Assembly: GCF_002113885.1 (NCBI RefSeq)
Contig: NW_018480068.1
Span: 115,565 to 179,564 of the forward strand
Length of the DNA: 64,000 nucleotides
Direction: 5' to 3'
DNA from: Mizuhopecten yessoensis
Taxonomy: Eukaryota
Shown one piece after another: positions 1-11,900 of this stretch. Within the stretch, counting starts at the first letter, position 1, and every line of letters starts with the position of its first letter. Made by a program: the position numbers and the translations under genes. The notes beneath the pieces were generated by a model. It saw only the letters and a program-made list of their open reading frames with translations, was not told the DNA's origin and did not search any database.

Positions 1-161
1 GGATGTTGTACTAGAGACTAGAACCTACACAGTAACTGAGTACAGGACGTTAACACTCACCCTTGAGGATGTTGTACTAGAGACTAGAACCTACACAGTT
101 ACTGAGTACAGGACATTAGCACTCACCCCTGAGGATGTTGTACTAGAGACTAGAACCTACA
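1..161. repeat. 66-bp minisatellite fragment (same unit as 2081-2939)
   Basis: Unit ggatgttgtactagagactagaacctacacagtaactgagtacaggacgttagcactcacccctga with period 66; ends at the N at 162. Confidence 0.95.
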
Positions 162-162
162 N

Positions 163-580
163 CGATCATCATTAATCCCACTGTCAAAATATCATTGATT
201 CATCATTAATCCAACTGTCAAAATATCATTGTTTCATCAATAATCCCACTGTCAAAATAGCATTGGTTCATCATTAATCCCACTGTCAAAATATCATTGG
301 TTCATCTTTAATACCACTGACAAAATAACATTAGTTCATCATTAATCCCACTGTCAAAATATCATTGGTTCATCATTAATCCCACTGTCAAAATATCATT
401 GGTTCATCTTTAATACCACTGACAAAATAACATTAGTTCATCATTAATCCCACTGACAAAATATCATTGAATGATCATTAATCCCACTGACAAAATATCA
501 TTGGTTGATCATTCATCTAAATGTCAAAATATCATTAGTTCATCATTAATCCCACTGTCAAAATATCATTGGTTGAGCAT
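163..580. repeat. 34-bp minisatellite
   Basis: Unit atcattaatcccactgtcaaaatatcattggttc, about 12 copies. Confidence 0.95.
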
Positions 581-1168
581 TAACACAACATTTTGACAGT
601 CCAGTACAAATGATCATCAGATATATATTTACTACAGTGATCCTGTCTCAACTGATCCCTGAACAATGGAGAAACCTGTATAAACAAACCTGTATAAGCT
701 GGACACCTATATAATACAGATATCCAGCAACTTTAATTTGTATGTGCCAATGTAAAACCTGTCCATTCTAGACTAAACTTGATGTCCTGACGGTGTAAGT
801 ATAGACTGGTATAACAGTACCATTATTTCTATCAATAACTTGAGAGACAACCAGGAAACTAACTAGTGTTTAGATTGAACTGTCGTTCAGGAAGTAATCA
901 AGTTTATTCAAAAGATTAATAAAATCAACAGAATATAACCCACATGAAAAAAATAGATAGAATTCTCCTTAGTTTTATTTTAAAAATTTATTATAATTAA
1001 CTGTTTATATCTCACATGAAAGTGGGGAAAATACTGTTTTTGTATTGTTGATCCTCGCGAAAATTACAATCACTAGATGCCATACTAGAGACTAGAACTT
1101 ACACAGTAACTGAGTACAGGACGTTAGCACTCACCCCTGAGGATGTTGTACTAGAGACTAGAACCTAN

Positions 1169-2079
1169 GTATTGGTTCATCATTAATCCAACTGTCAAAA
1201 AAATAATTGGTTCATCATTAGTCCCACTGTCGAAATATCATTAGTTCATCATTTATCCCATTGTCAAAATATCATTGGATAATCATTAATCCCACTGTCA
1301 AAATATCATTGGTTCATAATTAATCCAACTGTCAAAATATCATTAGGTCATCATTAATCCCACTGTCAAAATATCATTGGTTCATCATTAATCCAACTGA
1401 CCAAATATCATTGGTTCATCATAAATCCCACTGTCAAAATATCATTGGATCATCATTAATCCCACTGTCAAAATATCAATGGTTCATAATTAATCCAACT
1501 GTCAAAATATCATTGATTCATCATTAATCCCACTGGCCAAATATCATTGGTTCATCATTAATCCCACTGACAAAATATCATTGGTTCATCATTAATCCCA
1601 CTGTCAAAATATCATTGAATGATCATTAATCCCACTGTCAAAATATCATTAGTTCATCATTAATCCCACTGTCAAAATATCATTGTTTGATAATTAATCC
1701 CACTGTCAAAATTTCATTGAATGATCATTAATCCCACTGTCAAAATATCATTGATTCATCATTAATCCCAGTCAAAATATCATTGGTTCGTCATTAATCC
1801 CACTGTCAAAATATCATTGGTTCGTCATTAATCCCACAGTCAAAATATCATTGGTTCATCATTAATCCCAGTCAAAATATCATTAGTTCATCATTAATCC
1901 CACTGTCAAAATATATCCTTGTTCGATCATTAATCCCACTGTCAAAATTTCATTGAATGATCATTAATCCCACTGTCAAAATATCATTAGTTCATCATTA
2001 ATCTTAATGTCAAAATATCATTGGTTGATCATTTATCCCACTGTCAAAATAACAATGGTTCATCATTAATCCCACTGTC
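1169..2079. repeat. 34-bp minisatellite, second block, bounded by single Ns
   Basis: Same 34-bp unit, about 27 copies; preceded by a 66-bp-unit fragment at 1084-1167. Confidence 0.95.
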
Positions 2080-2080
2080 N

Positions 2081-2939
2081 AATTAGAACCTACACAGTTA
2101 CTGAGTACAGGACGTTAGCACTCACCCCTGAGGATGTTGTACTAGAGACTAGAACCTACACAGTAACTGAGTACAGGGCCTTAGCACTCACCCCTGAGGA
2201 TGTTGTACTAGAGACTAGAACCTACATAGTAACTGAGTACAGGACGTTAACACTCACCCCTGAGGATGGTTTTCTAGAGACTAGAAACTACACAGTAACT
2301 GAGTACAGGACGTTAGCACTCGCCCTTGAGGATGTTTTACTAGAGACTAGAACCTACACAGTTACTGAGTACAGAACGTTAGCACTCACCCCTGAGGATG
2401 TTGTACTAGAGACTAGAACCTACACTGTAACTGAGTACAGGACGTAAGCACTCACCCCAGGGGATGTTGTACTAGAGACTAGAACCTACACAGTAACTGA
2501 GTACAGGACGTTAGCACTCACCCTTGAGGATGTTTTACTAGAGACTAGAACCTACACAGTTACTGAGTACAGAACGTTAGCACTCACCCCTGAGGATGTT
2601 GTACTAGAGACTAGAACCTACATAGTAACTGAGTACAGGACGTTAACACTCACCCCAGGGGATGCTGTACTAGAGACTAGAACCTACACAGTAACTGAGT
2701 ACAAGACGTTAACACTCACCCCTGAGGATGTTGTACTAGAGACTAGAACCTACAAAGTAACTGAGTACAGGACGTTAACACTCACCCCTGAGGATGTTGT
2801 ACTAGAGACTAGAACCTACAAAGTAACTGAGTACAGGACGTTAACACTCACCCCTAAGGATGTTGTTCTAGAGACTAGAACCTACACAGTAACTGAGTAC
2901 AGGACGTTAACACTAACCCCAGGGGATGCTGTACTAGTG
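2081..2939. repeat. 66-bp minisatellite overlapping the ATG7 exon 15 donor
   Basis: About 13 copies. The rightmost copy contains the last ~22 nt of ATG7 exon 15 and its donor. Confidence 0.95.
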
Positions 2940-5900
2940 AGACAAGCAGCTCCACAGCCAATGCACTGGCTAAGTAACTCATCCCTGGACGAGACACAGT
3001 ACACTGCTGATCCAGAGTTCGGTCCCTTGTTGACTGTAAATATACAAATTAAAGGATGAATACCAGGTTTTAGGTTTTAGAATATACACATATGCTTCAG
3101 ATCATCAGAATTTAACTATATACCACTAAAGATGAATACCAATAAACTGATATGGGGTGGATTTTAAATGATTTCCTTAATTTTCCCCTCCCTCTTCCTG
3201 CCCTTAAAAGCAACCTTCCATCGAAAAAATTGAGGCCCCTTTACCCAAAGGTGCTCCACGCAGAATTTGGTTAAAATCCCTCCCATCAAACTAAAGGAAA
3301 AGGGTTTTAAAGATTTACTTTAAGTTCCCCTATTGGGCCCACCCCTTTGCCCCCACGGAGGCCATACCCTCTGTTTATTCAAAATTGAGTCCCCTTTGTC
3401 CAAGGATGCTCAAGGCCAAATTTAGTCAAAATCCACTGAGACGTTCAGGTCTATTAGCGTTTTAAAGGATAAGTTGACCGACGGACCTCACTGGCCCTGT
3501 GGCAGGTGAGTTAAAAACTTCAACAAAAACAGACTATTTAAGATATCTGAGTTCATAATGATGAACTATACTTACATTTCCTGGAGCGACAACATCATTA
3601 CAGAAGTAGCATCCAAGTTTGTCTCCGGGAATGATCATGTAACTAGAGAGTGGCTCTACCTCAGAGGGAGTGTTGCCCTCCGTGTCAGATTTCAGGCCGT
3701 GTCTCATTACCAGGAATGTGTCAAAACCCAGAGCCGCACAAATCACTATCTGGAATGCGAGATAACATTGGTAATTAACCTATTAAAAAAAATCAGAAAC
3801 ATGGATCTATATTTAGCTTCATTTTTCCTTATAAGCTCTTTTACTCTTCGTTGTTTCTTCATTACTCTGTAAAACTTTTTTTGAAATGAATAACTTAATT
3901 TTCATATTCACAATGACAATTAACAATTTCTGTAACCTTCTTATGAGCAGCAGCCATGACAGTTGGTAACCAACGACTCTCTCTGGTATCCAGGAGGAGG
4001 AACACTGCATCATGAGATTTTATTAGATCTTCCAGTTGTTGGACATCCTTCTTAGTGCCTTCTAAGGCCCCTCCTGTTTGAGGAATGTAAATCATGACCA
4101 TTACATGAGTATTATTACCGACAGAATTGTTTTAAAGAAAAGTCAATAATGTATGCCCAAAGCAAGCTTTCAAACTTCTATTTCTTTTCTTATAAACAAT
4201 GATTTCACAAAGGTCTCCCTTAGCAAAATAAATCATTACAATATAGCTATTTTGAGAGTGTTTTTACAGGCTCATCTCAAGCTCCCTCTATGGTAGGGAG
4301 TAAGACACATATGTCTATCCCTCATATTTGCCTGTTTAGTGTTTCCCAGATAAATACAGTAGATCTTGTATAAATATCTTGTATAGTACCTGAAACAGGA
4401 TGGCCTGGCATCGGAATCGACATAGAAATTCCCTGAGCATCCTGTTAAAATAATTAAAATATATTATTAGTGCAAACCTTACTTTTTTTATTTAATTTTC
4501 AATCTAGACTAGTGTGAAAATTGAATTTGCAAACATCAAATTTTATTTTCAATACTCAGATAAATTTTCCTGTGTCCAACAACAAGGTCAACGTATAATT
4601 TAAAATAGATTTAAAGGGAAATAACTACAATCGTCATAGACTATGCTGCAATTGTACAGATATAAAAAATACAGTAACAGTCTAGTGCTACCTGATTAGT
4701 AGTCTGTATTGATTGTAATTCAATGGATATAAATAATTTTTGACAAACCAAATGCCCTGGACAAAATTGATAGTAAAATTTCTATCAGAATTCCAGCTAC
4801 TTACAACTCCTGGGAATATTTTCTGTAAAGACAGAGCTGCTGCCTCAGCCTTCGGCCTGCCCCCCTGCATACAGTCTTCAAACACAAACAGGCTCTGTCT
4901 CACAGGATTGGAGTAGGACACCGTACCATTGTCGACCAGAGTTATCTTCCTTACTCCCCATCCCTGGTGACAGAATATTTTAAATGAGATGTAAATATTG
5001 CTATAATTTTTTGTGCAATTTTTGATAAAATAGTATTAACTGTGTAAAGCAAGAAATATTGCGATTTTCTTTCATTTACTGATAATATGTTTTTTACAAA
5101 GGCAATGTACTGAGCTAACAACAGCTTCAACACTGGTTTCTGACTCTAGCAATCGCAGTATCATTTACTTTCTTCTCATGTTTACCAAAATAATCCTAAT
5201 TACTAAAAACACAAAATTATTTTTTATATAGAATTCTTACCAACAGACATCTTGCAACATTGCACCCCAGAGTTCCAGCCCCAAGTAGTAGACATTTTGT
5301 CTTTGAGATTTGGTCAAGGTCAAGTTCTGGCAGGAGTCTCCACCTCATCAACTTCAGATTGAGGTCTACTGCTGATGCTGCAAGCCTTTTAATATGGAAT
5401 TAGATTTATGGCTGTGTAAAAAGTCTATTTCAGAAGAAATTTGAATTTTTTAACAGTGAAATTGTTTTTTTCTATGTTTATCTTTAAATGTTCATATCTA
5501 GTTCTAAGTAGCATAGTTAAGTTCAAACTTAACCTATGTCCTACTGTATGCAATTATTCTTATCACACACCTACTTAACTCATTCACCCCTGAAATTTCC
5601 TAATGAACTATTCCAACCTTTGAATTGGAAGAGTTCAAATGTGTCTTCAGGGGTGAATGAGTTAATCTTTACATTATTGATACATGCATTCTTCAGACTA
5701 CGTAACATGGAATATTTTATCACACAAACGTATCATAAAGCTCAACAAGACATCCTTTTTGGCTAAAATCGGTAATTATCCACTGGTCCAATTGATGAAT
5801 TAAAACAAATCTTAGTCTGGAATACCATATAGAGCATAATTAGTTCCAAAAAATTATCGGAATAATTGAACAGATAATATAAATTACTTTTTTCAAATGA

Positions 5901-8900
5901 AACAAAGTAATAAACTTATAATCAAGACTGCATTTTGCATCTACAATTTCTTTTCTTTTTTAAATAGCAATTTTTTAAAGAATGATATTTTTTAAAGAAA
6001 ACCAAACATGTCTGTACTTAGATGGGTCCATGCTGGAGCTTAGATTGACGATCCTAGGTCCTAGCTTTTGTCGTTCGTTTTTCTCCCATCCCACACATTT
6101 AGGACATTCTGTTCAATAAAAAATAAAGATCAGAAAATGAAATTAAAACCAATGAAATTGTTTTTTGTAATACAAATAGTTCAAACCACAACAGGTGAAA
6201 ATTGGATGGAAATTTTTCCCTTCAAATATCTCATTGTACGCTCAATTGGATGGAAATTTTTCCCTTCAAATATCTCATTGTACGCTCAATTTTAAACTCT
6301 TGAAACATGCCTGTTTATACAGTATATCAGACCTGGGGGGTTTAGGGTAACTTTGTGTCTAGGAGGTGTATACACACAGTTTATGTATATCTTAATTTTT
6401 ACCATGCAGAACTTCCCCCATGGACATTTCAAAATGTTGGCAAGTATGCTTTGTAAACATGTTTCCTCTTCTGTGATCTCAACCCCAACCCCCCCAGATC
6501 TCATGCTACCATCTATCCCAGGAACACATACAGAAATGACTTATTAGCGACACTTGAGCTGTGTATCCCTTCTCAGTAGTGCTTAAAATTACACTGTTTT
6601 AAATTCCAGACCTCATCCCAAACTATGGTGATTCTATTCATGACAAATTTGTTAAACAGGAGGCAATGGTCTAAATTGCTAATCCAGATTGCTTTTTTTT
6701 TCTTTTTTTAATCAGATTTAACCAAAGCAATGTTTCAGGAGGATCAAGGTTACAGTAAATTAAGCAAATTTCACATTCCTTCATTCCCGTACCCTATGGA
6801 ACAAATACAATGAATCTATGCCTCATACTTCTCAAGAAGTTATTTTAAAATTCTAACATGCTTTAACTCTGATCTTGACATTAGGTCAATGTCAATTATT
6901 TGAACAAATTTGATAGCCCTCTTACCCAGGTGGCTATAGAACAAATATTAAGACTATAGATCCCGTGGTTCTTTATAAGATTATTTGTTACATGAAGAGT
7001 TTAAATACTTCTGACCCATGTCTTGAATGTATGCAAGGTCATTTATTTGAACAAATGTGGCAGCTTTTAACAACAGCAAGTTACAGTACAAATGTTATGA
7101 CTAAGCTTTATGTTTCTGCAGAAAAAAACCTGTTTAAATAAAAGTTGAGGAGATACCTACAGAAGACAGTTGCTGTGTTATCACACAACCCACTATGTAA
7201 CAGGTAAGCTGATTTATTTACATACCTGTCAATTCTTTCATGGATGTAAACTTCACGGTAAATACGAGACTGCTGGTTATGTTTCTAACTCCATCTTTAC
7301 TGCGATCTCGGAAACATAACACCTGGATTTCACTGAGGTTATCTCCCCTGAAAATAGATTTAGTACAGTAGGATGAGCAAAGCTTCACTGATTAAAACTG
7401 TTTGATTCATAGTAATAAAAAATATACTCAAATGATACACTGTAAAAGCACTCTCCAGTTGACTATTCATACAGTTTACTGGTCATATCTTAGGTATGAG
7501 AGCATTTCTGAACAACTAGAGTACTGACCGTTAGTATTATGAGAATAATGACCATAGTACAATGACAATGATGATAATGACCACTCATGAGCTAGAACAC
7601 TCATCATTTGTGGGCTACGAAAATACTTAAAAACATTGCAGGCTATACAAAAACATGTTCCAATCATATTCATGTTTAAAATACTGACCATTTTTGGGCA
7701 ATAAGAGCTAGGTAATTCCTGAGAGGCCAGCCCGGATGGCCGTCCAATGTACATGGGTCAGCAAAACCAAATGTCACCTGTCAGAGAAAAAAAATATTAC
7801 ATGATAATAACTGAATTCTAGATCTAATATATCTACTCAACCAACTAAAGAAAAATTGAGTTTTCAGAAAATTATATATACCAGGTATCAATTAAATAAA
7901 TGCAATAAACATGTAAGAAATCTTATTCTAGATGTAAGAGTAAACAAACTTTAAAATTGCAATTCATAATCCTAATTACACATTATATAACTGAATCAAT
8001 ATCTTACACTCAAAGAGGAAGGACAAATTGAGACAAACCTTTTTGGAATCAGCTAAATGTTTATCCATACATTTGACCTCTTGAACTTGGACCTCTGTAT
8101 CCATGGTAATAAGGAAGTAACCGACAAATGAGGAACATGATGACTGAAACCTATCATAAGAAGATTCCAGGAGTTTGATCTGATGAAAAAAAAGGAAAAG
8201 AAATCAATATGCAGCAGAAAGTTGACAAAAAAGTTCAAAGAATTCACTGTTTTAAACGTTAACTTTTTAATGTCATCATGATATTATTCTTTGAGGTATC
8301 GAAACTTTAATATCAAAACAAGGGAAATCAAAATGACTATAGAAAACGGGAATGGTTATTATCTCAACACCCTGTAAGTCATCTTAATAATTATAGTCCA
8401 CAATTTCCTCTATTTACTGGCAATATAATCACGACAAATCTGAACTCAAGCCCATATGTCTACAATGGAACAATCATGATGTCTGTATAATCTTGAAAAC
8501 TTGGTATGGATAGGAAATTGTTCAAATATTGCTCTAAAATGATGGTAGGACTGTTTGAGGTGGGACTTTCCTGGGAAAAATGGCAAAGTTAACTGCACAA
8601 GGCAGGGCTTAGTGGAGGGAGATAAGTGTTACCTTAGGTTCAACTAGGAACAAGTGTTACCTTAGATTTCACCAGGGACAAGTGTTACCTTAGATTCAAC
8701 AGGAACAAGGGTTACCTTAGGTTTCACCAGGAACAGGTGTTACCTAAGATTCACCAGGAACAAGTGTTACCTGAGATTCAACAGGAACAAGCGTTACCTT
8801 AGATTCACAAGGAATAAGTGTTACCATTGGTTCACCAGGAACAAGTGTTACCTCAGGTTTCACCAGGGACAAGTGTTACCTTAGATTCACCAGGAACAAG

Positions 8901-11900
8901 AGTTACCTTAGATTCACCAGGGACAAGTGTTACCTTAGGTTTCACCACGAACAAGTGTTACCCTAGGTTTCACCAGGGACAAGTGTTTCCTTAGGTTTCA
9001 CCAGGAACAAGTATTACCTTAGATTCACCAGGAACAAGAGTTACCTTAGATTCACCAGGGACAAGTGTTACCTTAGGTTCAACTACGAACAAGTGTTACC
9101 TAAGATTCACCGGGAACAAGTGTTACCTTAGGTTTCACCAGGGACAAGAGTTACCTTAGATTCAACAGGAACAAGGGTTACCTTAGGTTTCACCAGGAAA
9201 AAGTGTTACCTTAGATTCAACAGGAACAAGGGTTACCTTAGGTTTCACCAGGAAAAAGTGTTACCTTAGATTCAACAGGAACAAGGGTTACCTTAGGTTT
9301 CACCAGGAACAGGTGTTACCTAAGATTCACCAGGAACAAGTTTTACCTTAGGTTTCACCAGGAACAAGTATTACCTTAGATTCACCAGGAACAAGAGTTA
9401 CCTTAGATTCACCAGGGACAAGTGTTACCTTAGGTTCAACTAGAACAAGTATTACCTTAGGTTTCACTAGGAACCAATGTTACCTTAGGTTCAACTAGAA
9501 CAAGTATTACCTTAGGTTTAACTAGGAACAAGTGTTACCTTAGGTTCTACTAGGAACAAGTGTTACCTTAGGTTCCACTAGAACAAGTGTTACTTTAGGT
9601 TCAACTAGAACAAGTATTACCTTAGGTTTCACTAGGAACCAATGTTACCTTAGGTTCAACTAGAACAAGTATTACCTTAGGTTTAACTAGGAACAAGTGT
9701 TACCTAAGATTCAACAGGAACAAGTGTTACCTTAGGTACAACTAGGAACAAGTGTTACCTAAGATTCACCAGGAACAAGTTTTACCTTAGGTTTCACCAG
9801 GAACAGGTGTTACCTAAGATTCACCAGGAACAAGTTTTACCTTAGGTTTCACCAGGAACAAATGTTACCGTAGGTGTCACCAGGAACAAGTGTTACCTTA
9901 GGCTTCACCAGGAACAAATGTTACCATAGGTTTCACCAGGAACAAGTGTTACCTTAGGTTTCACCAGGGACAAGTGTTACCTTAGGTTTCACCAGGGACA
10001 AGAGTTACCTTAGATTCAACAGGAACAAGTGTTACCTTAGGTTCAACTAGGAACAAGTGTTACCTAAGATTCACCAGGAACAAGTGTTACCTAAGATTCA
10101 ACAGGAACAAGTGTTACCTTAGATTCACAAGGAATAAGTGTTACCATTGGTTCACCAGGAATAAGTGTTACCTTAGGTTTCACAAGGAACAGGTGTTACC
10201 TTAGGTTTCACCAGGAACAAGTGTCACCTAAGGTTTTACCAGGAACAAGTGTTACCTTAGATTCACCAGGAACAAGTGTAACCTTAGGTTTCACCAGGAA
10301 CAAGTGATACCTTAGGTTTCACCAGGAACAAGTGTTACCTTAGGTTTCACCAGGAACAAGTGTTACCTTAGGTTTCACCAGGAACAAGTGTTACCTTAGG
10401 TTTCACCAGGAACAAGTGTTACCTTAGGTTTCACCAGGAACAAGTGTTACCTTAGGTTTCACCAGGAACAAGTGTTACCTTAGGTTTCACCAGGAACAAG
10501 TGTTACCTTAGGTTTCACCAGGAACAAGTGTTACCTTAGGTTTCACCAGGAACAAGTGTTACCTTAGGTTTCACCAGGAACAAGTGTTACCTTAGGTTTC
10601 ACCAGGAACAAGTGTTACCTTAGGTTTCACCAGGAACAAGTGTTACCTTAGGTTTCACCAGGAACAAGTGTTACCTTAGGTTTCACCAGGAACAAGTGTT
10701 ACCTTAGGTTTCACCAGGAACAAGTGTTACCTTAGGTTTCACCAGGAACAAGTGTTACCTTAGGTTTCACCAGGAACAAGTATTACCTTAGGTTTCACCA
10801 GGAACAAGTGTTACCTTAGGTTTCACCAGGAACAAGTGTTACCTTAGGTTTCACCAGGAACAAGTGTTACCATAGGTTTCACCAGGAACAAGTGTTACCA
10901 TAGGTTTCACCAGGAACAAGTATTTTCTTAGGTTTCAACAGGAACAAGTGTTACCATAGGTTTCACCAGGAACAAGTGTTACGTTACCTGAGGTTTCACC
11001 AGGAACAAGTGTTACCTTAGGTTTCACCAGGATTAAGTGTTACCATAGGTTTCACCAAGAACAAGTATTACCTTAGGTTTCAACAGGAACAAGTGTTACC
11101 ATATGTTTCACTATGAAGCAATGATACCTTAAGTACAAATAGGAACATAGGTTCCACTAGGAACAAGTATTACCTTAGATTTCCTTTGTTGGCCCTTATG
11201 ACCTACCCTGTATTGATGTGCCGTTTTGATAATAATAGTAATAATATTCACTAGGAAGTTAGGAACAAGTGTTACTTTAGGTTTCACTAGGAACAAGTGT
11301 TACCTTAGGTTTTACCAGGAACAAGTGTTACCTTAGGTTCCACTAGAACAATTGTTACCTTAGATTCAACTAGGAACAAGTATACTTTAGGTTCAACTAG
11401 AACAAGTATTACCTTAGATTCAACTAGGAACAAGTGTTACCTTAGGTTCCACTAGAACAAGTGTTACTTTAGGTTCAACTAGAACAAGTATTACCTTAGG
11501 TTTCACTAGGACCCAATGTTACCTTAGGTTCAACTAGAACAAGTATTACCTTAGGTTTAACTAGGAACAAGTGTTACCTTAGATTTAACTAGGAACAAGT
11601 GTTACTTCAGGTTTCCTTTGTTGGCCCTAATGACCTATCCTGTGTTGATGGGCCGTTAACCATTTACAAATAATAATAATTATATTCACTAAGAACAAGT
11701 GTTACCTTAGGTTCCACTAGGAACAAGTGTTACCTTAGGTTCCACTAGGAACAAGTGTTACCTGAAGTTTCACTAGGAACAAGTGTTACCTTAGGTTCCA
11801 CTAGGAACAAGTGTTACCTTAGGTTCCACTAGGAACAAGTGTTACCTGAAGTTTCAATATGAAAAAAACAATACCTTAAGTTTGAATAGGAACAAATGTT

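Noticed and set aside
1-2080. Alternating 66-bp and 34-bp arrays as a composite or higher-order satellite
   Set aside because: Every direct switch between unit types coincides with a single N (162, 1168, 2080), so this is most likely mis-ordered repeat contigs, not biology.
3558-3872. Short ORFs antisense to or overlapping real exons (also 41324-41662, 53190-53375, 55381-55563)
   Set aside because: They are shadows of genuine coding exons on the opposite strand.
6205-6292. Perfect ~43-bp direct duplication (similar two-copy duplications near 20832 and 24788)
   Set aside because: These are simple local slippage or assembly overlaps, with no evident function.
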